Source: Camelus ferus
Lineage: Eukaryota
Assembly (NCBI RefSeq): GCF_009834535.1
Contig: NC_045707.1
Location: 60,514,001 to 60,578,000 of the forward strand
DNA: 64,000 bases
Direction: 5' to 3'
Shown here: positions 13,890 to 26,629 of the stretch, piece after piece
Layout: each line of letters opens with the position of its first letter
Position numbering within the stretch: position 1 is the stretch's first letter
The notes under the pieces: model-generated
What the model was told of the DNA's origin: nothing
The model's input: the letters and a program-made list of their open reading frames with translations, nothing else
Databases searched by the model: none
Position numbers and translations under genes: made by a program

Positions 13890-14928
13890 CCCAATCAAAA
13901 AATGGGCAGAAAATCTAAATAGACATCTATCCAACGACATCCAGATGACCAACAGGCACATGAAAATATGCTCAACATCATTAATTGTTGGAGAAATACA
14001 AATCAAAACTACATTGAGGTCTCACCTCATACCAGTCAGAATGGTCATCATTAAAAAGTCCACAAATGATAGTGGAGAGGGTGTGGGGAAAAAGGAACCC
14101 TCCTACACTGTTGGTGGGAATGTAAACTGGTGCAGCCACTATGGAGGACAGTATGGAGGTTCCTCAAAAAACTAAAAATAAAGAGTGGAAGGTACAGCTC
14201 AAGTGGTAGAGCGCATGCTTAGTATGCCTGAGGTTCTGGGTTCAATCCCCAGTACCTTCTCTAAAAATAAATAAATAAGCCTAATTACCTCCCTCTACCA
14301 AAAAAGAAAAGCCATCAAAAACTAAAAATAAAGTTACCATATGATCCAGCAATCCCACTCCTGGGCATATATCCAGAGAAAAATATAATTCAAAAAGACA
14401 CATGCACCCCAATGTTCACAGCAGCACTGTTTACAATAGCCAAGACATGGAAACAACCTAAATGTCCATTGACAGATGACTGGATAAAGAAGCTGTGGTA
14501 TATTTATACAATGTAATACTACTAGCCATAAAAAAGAATAAAATAATGCCATTTGCAGTAACATGGATAGACCTGGAGTTCATCATTCTAAGGGAAGTAA
14601 GCCAGAAAGAGTAAGGAAAATGCCATATGATATTGCGTATGTGGAATCTAAAAAAAGGGACACAAATGAACTTACTTACAAAACAGAAACAAACTCACAG
14701 ACACAGAGAATAAAATAATTATGATTACCAGGACATAAAAGGGGTGGGAAGGAAATCTGCACAGCTTGGGGAGAGATGTAAATGTTAGGTATATTGACTG
14801 TGGTGGTGGTTTCATAGGTGTATATGTCTATCAAAATCCATCAAATTGTACATCTGAAATATGTATAGTTTACTGTATGGAAATTATATGACAAGAAAGT
14901 TGCTTAAACTTAAAAAAAATTTTTTAAA
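13890..14928 (+). mobile_element. 5'-truncated L1 (ORF2 end + 3' UTR) with atypical tail; contains a SINE
   Basis: [24 protein letters not shown]2 C-terminus; 12-bp TSD aagactaatcaa (13878-13889 / 14929-14940). Confidence 0.88.
14184..14316 (+). mobile_element. tRNA-derived SINE (vic-1-like) nested in L1
   Basis: A box agctcaagtggtagagc, B box ggttcaatcc; 17-bp TSD aaaaactaaaaataaag (14167-14183 / 14317-14333). Confidence 0.9.
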
Positions 14929-15811
14929 AAGACTAATCAAAAGTTTATACAATGGTTAATGTGCAGTGCCAAGTTGAAAAGGCATTAAATTTACAAACCA
15001 CACCTCAAATACCTAAAGGTCATGATCAAAAAGAAGTTATCTAAATTTTATATGCATTGAAAAGATATTTTCAATAAATATCTTCCAATAAATAAACGCT
15101 CTGAAAATATTCACTATTAGTTTAAATTCCAGAACAGTGTGGTCATCTTGTCATAATTCTGACATTACTACAACTTCAATACACTGATATGGCTCTTGGC
15201 AAAATCTTGGAGACTCACTATTTGCCATAAGTTCCAGTTTTTCAAAACTAAACTCTAAATACTTGAAATGCATTCCTAGGGTATGATCACTTTAGGAATG
15301 GCTATCTAGTAGCCAAGAGAAGAAAAATAACACTCTAAAGCAATCCAGATAATAAAATATAAGGTAACCTCATTAATTTTTTTCTTAGGGGGATACTGAT
15401 CAGGTTTAATCAATCTCCTCTTTTCTTATCCTTTAGGCCTTGGGGTCAACCTGATTTACTAATCACAGTATTATGAACTTTTCAGAGCTTTCTACTTAGA
15501 ACATTTAGAAAAGCAAAAGTGTCTCTATAATTTCAGAAGTGGCAGAGAGGTATGCCAGCACAGTCATGAAAACTAGCTTAGAGGTAAAGCTCAAGACCAC
15601 ACAAATCTCCATTCAGTCAATAAATATTTAGAATGCCCAGCACATGTCAGGCTACGGTAACTGAGGCAAGCTGACTTTCCTCTTTCCAACATTTACTGGC
15701 AGGTATTAGACCATTCTGATCACACTGGGTAGAGAGAAGAAGATTTAAAATTTTAAAAAAGAAAGAAAGATAACATATGGTTTTCTCAATTTCTTACAGT
15801 TTTCAATAAGA

Positions 15812-16011
15812 TATTTGATATTTACTTTTAACTAAATATTTTTAATTAGACTCATTTCTAAAAATTGGCTATAATCTTAAATAAATCAGGCTCCATATAA
15901 CTAGTCTAAGCTATTTGATATTTACTTTAAATATTTTTAGTTAGATTAATTTCTAAAAATTTGTTACAATCTTAAATAAATTAGGCCCCATATAACCAGT
16001 CTAAGCTATTT
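15812..16011. repeat. Diverged tandem duplication (100-bp + 95-bp units)
   Basis: tatttgatatttacttt...aatcttaaataaat...ccatataa..agtctaagc occurs twice head-to-tail (15812-15911, 15912-16006). Confidence 0.9.
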
Positions 16012-16991
16012 TATTTCAGTAGTTTAACCTTTTCTTCTCAGAGTAATCAAATAGAGAAAGAACTATTCATTGCAACCTAAACAGATGCCCTGATCCAGCA
16101 GGAGATAACCTACTTTTTGATTGCCATTTTAGATCATTATGTGGCTCGAACCCTTTTCATATTTAATTAGCACATATCCTTTGGAAATTTAAGAAGCATG
16201 ACTCAGAAAATACTACGGTTTATAGTCAAATTAAAGAACATCTGTCAATGGGCACAAAGTTATTTATGAATGCACGTTATTAAAAGATGTTATTTAAAAG
16301 TTTAAAGTCATTTCACAGAGTCTGGTGCTGAAAGACATGGTGAATCCCAAAATTTTAAAAATGAGAATAGTAATCAAAATTTAAGTTTATCAATAGAATT
16401 TTCTTGCAAGTATTCATAAGATGTCCACAAACTTCTATATGCTCAGAGTATAAATGTTAATTGTGCTTTGCTCTTACATAATTTTGTATACTTTTTTGGC
16501 ATACACTTCCTGGATCAGTCCAGCATTTGCGGGGGAGGGGTACTCCTATAAACATCATAAAGGTGTTTATCAAGGTCTTGATCTTTAAAAAAATAAGACA
16601 ACAAATAGCTAAGTCAAAGAATTTGTAAAAGCTACTAAGCATACTGTGGTTTAAATATAAATTTGGGATTCTTTTTAATGATCTTCTTAAAGAAACCAGA
16701 AAATGATTCTATTTCCCTATAAAAATAGAGATTATATAACTTCCAAAAGTGAGTAAGAATTCACTAATGAAAAGGTCACCAAAATCTAAAAATTACTTTA
16801 ATACTAAAAGATGAAAGTAAATAAATCAGTCTTTCAAAACAAATTCTTGCACGGAAGCAAAGGGTTGGGTTTAAGTAAGAAGCTTCTGCCATCTTTTGAC
16901 TGTGAAAAAAAAAAACCCCTAAGTTTTATTAAGGAATTCCCATCTTAGTAACCACACTGCACATTGTGTAATTAATATAGGACATTTTTAC

Positions 16992-17154
16992 CTTGACATT
17001 CTGGGCATCAACATTAGCTCCAGCTTCCAGAAGAAGACTAATGACTGTGGTATTCCCTGCTAGTACTGCCCAGTGCAGAGCAGTGTTTTTGTGATACTTG
17101 TCACCAAGGTTAACTGAAACATTGAATGTTAAAAGCAATCTAGTTGGATCCACA
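16992..17154 (-). CDS. ZDHHC17: ZDHHC17 exon 7 (163 nt; VDPTRLLLTFNVSVNLGDKYHKNTALHWAVLAGNTTVISLLLEAGANVDAQNVK)
   Basis: Acceptor ccttttcag|TGTGG, donor AAG|GTAAAA; overlaps ORF 16929..17201. Confidence 0.96.
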
Positions 17155-17806
17155 CTGAAAAGGAAAAAAAAACACAACAACAACAACAACCCTAATTTCA
17201 ATTATAGAAATCATTACAGATACTAAACTGATTGTGGTTGCATTCCATCTTGGAACACTTCTATTCTAACCTATAGTCAACAAGTTTACAATCAGTAATA
17301 GGACAATATTTTAATATGAAGTATCGAGTCTGTGCGACACCATGTAACTTCAGATAGTTCGGAGAGAGTACACTTGGTCCTGACATTTACTATTTTTCAT
17401 CCAGTGATTAAGGTCACTGATGTCTACATAATTAAACAATTAAAATTTTAAATATAAGTCTAGGTTGTGCCGAAGTCATTTAAGGCAACTTAGTAATTAA
17501 AACGCTAAACTTGCCAATATGCGAATCATGTTAAAAATCAGTTACTTTTTAAAAAGAAGGTAACATTTTCTTCTATCCTTGGAGACTGTTAAAAGACGAA
17601 TAGCTTAAGAATACTACAATTACCAAGGTAAATGTAAACATAGAGACTCAAAACATCCAAAAGGGTAATTTATGTTACATACTATGCACTCATAATTAAG
17701 AACTTTAAATATTAGCAAGTATAACATTAAACTGCTTTTTTTAATCACTTATTTTACATTTTATTATGCTGAAAATGGTTGAATAAGTATTTAAATGGTT
17801 ACATAC

Positions 17807-17871
17807 CTATGTGTTCTATAAGCTGCCCACATTAAAGGCGTCATCCCATTCTGATCCATCATATCTACATC
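17807..17871 (-). CDS. ZDHHC17: ZDHHC17 exon 6 (65 nt; DVDMMDQNGMTPLMWAAYRTH(S))
   Basis: Acceptor tctctatcag|GATGTA, donor TAG|GTATGT; ankyrin motif TPLMWAA. Confidence 0.95.
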
Positions 17872-19159
17872 CTGATAGAGAAAAAAGAAAAAGTCAGACA
17901 GTAAAAACTTCTAAGTTCCTACCAAATTCACTTAGAAAAATATAATTCACATATCACAGGAGAAGCCAATATAACAATCAAAGGTGATTTATAAAACTAT
18001 ATCTTTCCTAAGTTTAAAGTAAAACGATATCACTAAGTATTTTAATTAATATGTATATAAACATCTAATTTACATATACTGAATGTGTTTAATTACACTT
18101 AATTAACATATTTATAGTTTTCCTTTTTTAAACTTCACTCAGCCTTTCAATGTTGTCATCTAGAGATCTTGACCTACTCTTCATCTTTCACTCACAAAGG
18201 AAAGATTAAATTATTTAAGTCTCTGAAAAACTTATTTTACTAATTCATGATATAATAAAACCCTGTTTATTCCCAGGCCTTTCAAAACAAAGAATAAATT
18301 ATAAAATTTCAATAAAAATTTCAATTTTAATGAACTCAAAAAGTCTGTCTACTTTTTATCACTATGCATGAATATTTTTAGAATTAACTAATTCTGCAAA
18401 GTTTGTGGTAAAAAAGCAACGTGATCAAGCAATTATCTGCCTTATTCCCCATCGTTTTCACCTTTTTTAGCTCATTATTTTTGTTTTTACTTACACATCT
18501 TTAAAATAAGATACTTGGAATTGCTACTTTTTGATTTTTTCAGTTTTAGGTATTATCCTAAGTATGGCATATCCTCATTAAGCAAAATGACAATTTCTCT
18601 CTTTCCTCTCACTACCCCATCAAAATATGCACCTTTCTTATTCTTGACTCTCAAGAGATCTACTGTAATTCTGGTTCTATAAATATTTGATATTTATATT
18701 ATCATAAATATATATGAATACCATTCCCAACAAAATTATGTAGTAAACCATTATTTTCCCCTCCTACCCAACTTTTTGCTTTCCGTGGTACTTTTCTCTC
18801 TCTTTTGCAGTTTTTTTTTTTTTTAAAGCAAATTAGAATTAAAACTACCACCTATTCAACCAAAACTCTTCCCAGGTTAGACAAATCACCTTTCAAGACA
18901 TGCTGATGTATTAGGGATTCTATCAGTTTCACTTCCCTAAAATTCTCTCTTCTGACTCACTCCAATCTGGACTGATTCTCCTATGTGCCTAAGTTATCTG
19001 TCCCATTAACTAGAAAAGAAGTTCTTTGAGGATCAAAATTAAATTCATCTTTATACTCTCAGTGCCCAACAGGATAGATAATGAAAAACCATTTGTTAAA
19101 TGACAAGACATGTTTATCTATCTACCTTTCTAGGTTTGGGAAAGGCACAGATAGACTTT

Positions 19160-19375
19160 AGAATAAGATAGACATGGTTTTGAATTCCTAGATCCACCAG
19201 TTTAGTTAATAACTGTAAGGCTGCCAAAATTAATTCTCTGAGTCTCAGCTTTCTTATCTAAAAATGTTAATACAAATACTGTCTTCATAAGATCTTTCTG
19301 ATGATTAAATGGAATAATGTGTGTAAAGCAACCTAGTCTAGAGCCTGGAACAGGACATTCAATACGTATTAAGTT
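19160..19375 (+). mobile_element. MIR SINE
   Basis: tctctgagtctcagctttcttatct..aaaatg core and gattaaatggaataatgtgtgtaaagca. Confidence 0.7.
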
Positions 19376-21518
19376 TCCTCTTCTTCCCTTCCCCACCTCC
19401 CATTCCTATGGATTATTAAACCAGCAGTCCTAATCCAAGTTACATTACCCAATTCACCAGTCAGTGGAGAGAGGACAGAGTTATAGTGAGTACACTGCAA
19501 AACATTTCATAACTCTATATAGCAGTTCCCTGTAAGGCATCTTTACAGATGGGAATATGTCTCAATATGAACATTATCCAAGCGTATTGGGGCAGAAAGA
19601 GCTGAGAACCACTACTTTAGACAAGTGGCAACACATATCCTAAGATGTCACTAGTTTTAGTCCCTCTCATGAATATTACAATCAAATGTTATGCCTTATC
19701 CATTACAAATCTATTTCTAAACTTCTATTAAGTGTTGTTGGAAACATGTAACTCACTCAATATTTACATTATACATGTTTATTCTTTTTCCAAAAAAAAA
19801 ATCTTCTCTGAAAAAAATGGTAAACTTCCTTGTTTCTTATATGAGAGTTAAGTAATGAAACTTATTTTACTTCCTTTACTGCTCTGGTTTCAAGAAAGCT
19901 CAATTAAATTTGATGTCCAATTAAAACAAACATGTAAATTCTTATGTTTAAATTTCTTCCTTTTTAGTTGTGAGTCTTTTCATATCCTTTTTAAAAAGTG
20001 ATAGTATTAAAATATTAACAAACAAAATAAAAATTAAAAATTATGCCACATCTCTAGAGTACTAAAAGAAAAATGAAATTCAACCTTTTCTCTCTTTGGA
20101 TCAGGATTTAAAACTTGGTACTTCTTTTCCAAGTTCAGCCTGGACGTATGAGTATTCTCTATTAGGAAGAATTAACAAGCCCAGATCAAAAGCTTATGGG
20201 AATTCCATGATCAACAGGGCTCCATAACTTAGCATTTTCCCCTTTTTCTCCTGAAAATCATCCAAAAGAATTGGTAGTGAGCACTGAATATATTTAACAG
20301 TGTAACTAAAAAGAAACTATTGTGAAGAATAGAATGACAAACTAAATGAAAATCTTATATGCCCTAAGAATGTAAATTTGATAAAATTAACAACAAATGA
20401 GGGGGGTGGGAAAAGGCTGAAAAGAAAGTATAATGAGTGTCTAATCTGCAAGAGCTATGAGTCAAAGGATATTACTTAAAGTTGAAAAGTCAAGTGACAG
20501 AAATGTAGTTATATATCAGAACAAAGTTTATACTAAGAAAAACAGTATTATGGACTAATGTCAGTGTTAAGACAGGGAAGAGAAAGAAGTTAAAAATACA
20601 CTGATTTTATTACTGCTTATAACTGGGAACTAATCAGAACTAATAAAATTTGAACAAACATCTGACTGAAGTGAGAGAGAAAAGGATAACCGTGTGACTA
20701 AGGAAAGAATTTACCAAGCAGAAGGGAAGAGCCAGCACAAAGGCCTTAAGACAACAGCACACCAGAGCTGTTCAACGACCAGCCAGAAGACTGGTGTGGT
20801 TCAGCACAGCGAGTGAGAGGGAGATGACAGAAGATGAGATGGAGACGTATCCAGAGCCGGATCACACATGATTCTGTAAGCCACAGGACGACTTTGGACC
20901 GCATTTAAAGTATGATATAAAGCACATTAGAGCAGTTTTCTTTTACTGCTCTAAAGTGCTTTTAGTGGTAGTATTTTAGCACATATATTGAAAAAATTCT
21001 AGAAAAATATATACTAAACTGTTAAAGAAAGTGTTCTCAATAGAGGGAGGAGGTAAGGGAAGAGGTGGGATTTCACTCTCTAAGTCATACTTTGCTACTA
21101 TGTTTGAATATTTAACAGTAAGCATGTGTTACTTCCGTAAGCAGGAAAAAAAACTTACTCCTGAAAAAGAAAGCCAATTATCTGTCAGACATGTATTAAC
21201 ACTACCATGCACTTACTGTACAAAAAGAACTGTGACAGAATTTCTGCTCTTTAAGAATTTTATGGCCTACATACTATGCCAGAGTTCAAATGATTACTGA
21301 AACATCCAAATTCCAAAATCAATAAGCTAACAAAAAGAGTCAAAACTTTACACTTTTCTTACCTAGTTAAAAACTAGAAGAAAAAAGTGAATGTATATTG
21401 TAAACTTAATATCTGCACTAGAGAAGGCCACTAAAGACGATGTCATGTGCAACAACGCCATCTACTGCTGCAACCTCCAGTCCAGAATGAACTGTGGGAG
21501 AACAAAGATGATCCCCTG

Positions 21519-22045
21519 GGGTAGTTGGTCTCCAAAGATAGCTTCCAATAAACTTCACCTTCCAGTGTTCATACCCTTGTGTTCCCACAGTGAACATGGG
21601 CTGGACCTGTTACTTGCTTTAACTGACAGAATGGAGCAGAAATGTGGCTGTGCCAGTTCAAGACCTTAAAAAAGTCAGATGTCTGCTTTTGTTCTTTTGG
21701 GAACTCTGAGCAACCATGTAAGAAGTTTGGTTTCCATGCTAGAGAGAACACATGGAGGGGAGTCGTGGAGAAGTTCCGAGACTGCATGGAGAAAAACAGA
21801 GAGGGCTAGCTGTCCCAATAAGCCAACTGAGCCCAGCCTTTTAGCCCTTCTTATCAAGGTACAAGGTATGCAAGCATCCTCCAGTCCAGTCAAGCCCCCA
21901 GATGACTGCAGCCCCCAGCCATTATCACAAGAACCACCACCCAATCAAGCTCAGTCAACCTAGAGACTCATGAAAGATAATGGCTCCTACTGTTCTAAAG
22001 CCATTAGACTTAGGGGGCAGTATATTAACACAGTAATAGAAAATA
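21519..22045 (+). mobile_element. MaLR solo LTR (MLT1-type)
   Basis: ctccaaagat...gacctgttacttgctttaa..agaatg..gcagaa; ccagatgactgcagcccca; end gcag..taga..aata. Confidence 0.75.
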
Positions 22046-22897
22046 AACTCCTCCTTCCAGAAATTAACCAGCCTATGCCTCTTTTCCTTAGCAATAGTGC
22101 ACAACACCCACTGGAGCACTGCCAACAATAAACACTTTAAAGGATTCATAATAAATACTATTCAAATTCTAAATCTAATTATTTTAAATTAAAATAACAA
22201 ATATGTGCTAATAGCAATGAATTAAAATCATCTATCTTACTCTTATGATGAGATCCTTAGCTATAAAACTAATGTTTAAGTACAACCAGAGAAAACTCGT
22301 GAAAGACAAATTGAGTGACATTACTTTTAACAAAATACGTTTATTACAAAGATATGGTACGCATAAACTAACAATATTTAATGTGATTATAGTCACTACA
22401 TATTAAGGAAGAATCAGGAAGAAACACTTAAATTATGAGAATTTTTCTGCCATGTAAAAAAGCAGTGTTTTACACAGCAGGAACTGAGAAAATGATCTTA
22501 AGGCATTTATCTCCCTCAAGAGGGACTTAATATAGAAAATAACCAGTAATATGTTTAAAAAAGTTTAAATGAATTCAGATGATATAGTCAAAAGACGTGA
22601 TTAAGGGAAGCAAAAAGATACCTAAATTTTCTCTTACTTTCTAGCATTCATCTCTATCACTCTTAGAAATAAAAAAACCAACTTAATGGATTATTATCTG
22701 GATCATGACTGTTTTTCGTATTTTTATGTTAACTATATTAAATAATTCAATAGCAAACTACCTATCTATTTATTTATTCTCTTCACCCAGTAGAAAGTAC
22801 TATTTAAATATCACCAGGTTGTTATACTTGTTAACACCAATGATATTAGGTAGTTAAGAATATCTGATTCAAATCTACACCACTGTGATTTTTTTAC

Positions 22898-23042
22898 CTG
22901 TCCTTTTGCTATGAGATAAGCAACAATTGAGGTATGTCCAAACTGAGCAGCCAGATGAATACAGCTACATCCTTCTCCATCAATTAACGAAGGGTCTGCA
23001 CCATATTTCATTAGTTGCACAACCATAGATAGATGGCCTTGT
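22898..23042 (-). CDS. ZDHHC17: ZDHHC17 exon 5 (145 nt; [48 protein letters not shown])
   Basis: Acceptor tgctttag|ACAAGG, donor CAG|GTAAAA; ankyrin repeats; overlaps ORF 22811..23065. Confidence 0.96.
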
Positions 23043-23641
23043 CTAAAGCATAAAAGAATAAACACTTAAATATGTTTTTTTAAACTTCTCTGAAAAGAAG
23101 TTTAAAAAAAAATGAAAAAGATTTTAAAATGGTGGAAGAATTACAAAAGTCTTATTTCACATTATTTCAAAATAGACATACATCAAGGTACATTTAGGAT
23201 ATTATGTTCTTAAGTCTTAATTGGCATAAAAGTCTGAAAATTTATAGATACTCATAACTTCTTTAAATATGTAATAAATAGTTATTATACTCTAGTAATC
23301 CTGTTCCAATATGACCTTAATTGTCCCATGAACTTGATACTTCTTTTGCTGTAATACATATAGGCTGAAAAAGTATTCCCAAAGCTTAATCCCATTTTCT
23401 AACTAACCAGATTAATATCAGCCTAGTTAATTCCTTAAGGACACTTTGGAAAATAAACTTTGCTTCCAATGCAGGTAACAGTGGACAGCAATACATTTTA
23501 GTACATTATTGATATTAACTACTGGCATAACAAGTTCTCCCATTCATTTTAGCATATCATTTAAAGGGGGAAAAAATAGTTGTTTAGTTATAGGCTATTA
23601 AAGGAACCAAAGGAAAAAAAAATCCAGAAGCAAATTTAAAC

Positions 23642-23719
23642 CTTGTGGCCCAGTGCAATGGAGTTGAATTTAGGTCTCCTCCGAGTTGATCCACAATAGC
23701 ACCTTTCGAAATATAGTAT
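23642..23719 (-). CDS. ZDHHC17: ZDHHC17 exon 4 (78 nt; [25 protein letters not shown](R))
   Basis: Acceptor ttgtcttatag|ATAC, donor AAG|GTTTAA; ankyrin TPLHWA motif; frame fits exons 3 and 5. Confidence 0.94.
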
Positions 23720-26629
23720 CTATAAGACAAAATTTTAAATACTTCAGATAGTTTTCATTTTCAATTTTAAGAAATATGTGAAAAATAAAGAAATAAATGT
23801 TTTTCATTTTAGACCTCATGCTAGACAATAAATGGTCTTCAGTGAGTTTTAAAAATATATTTAGTAGGATATTATATCAAATACATCACTCTTTTGTTCC
23901 AGAAGTAAACAGAAAATAATTTTTTTAAGTTACAAAAAATAATAGCAATACCAAATAACAATCACATAAAAAAAGAAGGCAGTCAAAGAACCACAAAGAT
24001 TTGGATGAGACAGCAGCAGTAGATAGAATTTTGGAATCAGAACCTTATAGAGTATGCCAGACCCTTGGTAGAAGCTCAGCTTTTTAAGCTCAGCTTTACT
24101 TACCTCAAAGATTACTACGGGTTAAATAAAACAGCATATGAAAAATAATTTCATAAATGTAAAGTGTAACATAAAGGCTCTTTATGGCACCCTATTTGTT
24201 ATGCTTTTGAAGCTGTGTTGCTTTAAAAAGAAAGAGCAACCTTGTTGCTTACTACATTAATGTCATAACATCTTGATAACCTCTAAAATGAACAGGACCT
24301 AGTTGCTTATATAATGTTTGCTTTGGGACTGATCGATGTAATGAATCTTGAATACAATGATTTCAAAGCACCTGATGTCAAATGTCTGATGTATGTGTAT
24401 AACTGAGGCTCTTAAACTATTCTGATTACTGCCTTAAATCATGAATGCATTCACTCTTAATGCTCATCGTTCTAAACATTTAATATAGTCATACTTACAA
24501 GCTTGATTCAGAAATTTTCTGCTTTATATAAGTATTTGTTAAAACGGTACTTTTAAAGCATTATGCAATGAAGGGCCCAACTCCACTCTACCATATGGAA
24601 TAGTATGAAGTAACTAAAATATTTCCAGACTAAAATATTTCAAGTCCAGAATATCAGACAATAGTTTGAACACAAACATTTAAATATTCCTAAATTGCTT
24701 CTTAAGGCATCCAGTAGACATCATATAATAGTTAAAAAATGTTTTTTTGAGCCCAAAGAGCAGTATAGCACAGCAAAAGAACAGTTTTAATAGGAAATAT
24801 TTTCTTAAAAATTCCAATTGGAATGTTTTTTAAAGCAATTTCATTACCTTCTTTATAGTTAAAATATCTGTTCCTGAGAGTTATTTTTATTCACCTTTCA
24901 AATCCTTGCTAGGACTACGGCAATAAGTGATTTCCACTAGTTCTAAAGAACAACTTTTTTCCACAAGGATAGGGGAACTTTTTTTCTGCATGCTAAAAAA
25001 TAACTCCTACCACCTTTTCATTGTAAGCTTTTCAAAGAGAAGTGTTATATTTTTATAACACATTATTTTTTGTAGCTTGAAGACCCTAGCTGAAAACTAC
25101 AAAACTCTGAGAAGATCATATAATTCTTATTTTTAAACTCAAACCTCCTTGTAATACTGTAAGGTTATTATCAAGAAATGTTCTTGCAGGTACTAATGAT
25201 CTGTAGATTTTGAGGAGGAATTATCCATGAACAAGAGATATCAACAATTATTTGAAAATTAAAAGCAAATAGGTAACACTCAGATGTCTCTAGAGGGGGA
25301 CACTAATGAGAAGCAAACCAGAATATGTTATAAAACCCTAGAAAGGCTACGGGATTAAAGGCAATAGTCACGTCCAAAGAAAGTAATAAGAAACTGGACT
25401 ATAAACAGAAATACTGGTTCAAAGTCTATATAAATTGCTGAAAAATTGTTGTTTTCTAAGTTACATTCTTAATGAAAGTGAGTATTTATTTAGCATCACA
25501 ACAGGCATTTCAGTGACATGGAAGCAATCAAGCAGCTGACAGTGCTAGACAAGTATTCTTTGTGTATTATAATCTTAAAAAGTGACTACACAAATAATTC
25601 AAACTCTTAAAGTGCAGGCTCACTCTTGTGTCTCTAAGTTTCACTGTATGATTGTAATTTCTGGCTTATGTCGATTTTAACAATCAACCATTCAGTATTT
25701 GCCAAAAGGTGTATTAAGTGCATCTAACAGAGAAGTTTGAGACTCAGGGAATTAAATCACGGAATCATATGAGACACTGTACTGAAAATCTAACGATGAA
25801 AGTCTACAGGCTGAACAGACATTTGGGAAGTTCCTGTTGTGACTTCCAATCAGCTCTGTTATGTCTTCCCTGAATATGAGTGGTCAAATATGACCAAATA
25901 ATTGAGGAAAGCTTCAAACTGAAGGAGATCAAAATAAACTGAAGAAGCCCAAAATAAACAGATAATATATAGAGATGAAAAACTTAAAAAACAAAAGTTC
26001 TAATTAATAACCTCCAAACAATAAGAGAAGATAATATATTCATGACATAAGAATAAAGTATTTTTTAAAAGGAATGGGGGGGCAGAGATCAAGAAAGAAT
26101 GCTTTGAAATTGAAAATGTAACAGATAAAATTAGAAATTCAAAAGGATTAGAAGATAAATTAAGAAAATCTCCTCAAAGTACAATAGCTATAAAAGGCAG
26201 TTGAAATAAAGATAAGAAAAAGAAAGAATCAATCTGGTTGACCCCAATATCTGACAAATAAAAGTTCCTGAAAGAAAAAACAGAGAAAACTGAAAGTGAG
26301 GCAGTCTTGGGGGCACAACACAAGCATACTTCCCTAAACTAAAAAGGCAAGTTTTCAGGTTAAAAGTGGCTACTTAATGGTCATAACCTGAACTTAAAAT
26401 AAATAAATAAAAAGAACCATAGCAATACACAGTAATGTAAACTTCCACAAAGTCGGGGATCAGGAAAAAAAACGTATATGCTGGTTGCCAGGGAAGAAGA
26501 ATAAGCCATACACAGTGTGTTCTCATAAATTATAAGCTCTGTATTTTTAAACAAAGCCTCATATTTGTTTTTTTTTTAACTGAAGTATAGTCAGTTTACA
26601 ATGTTGTGTCAATTTCTGATGTATGTATT

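Noticed and set aside
14184..14262. tRNA-like sequences (also 8770, 33702, 40325) as tRNA genes
   Set aside because: Degenerate stems, A-rich tails and TSDs identify them as SINEs.
15399..15455. Local hairpin atcaggtt / aacctgat
   Set aside because: Only 8 bp; expected by chance.
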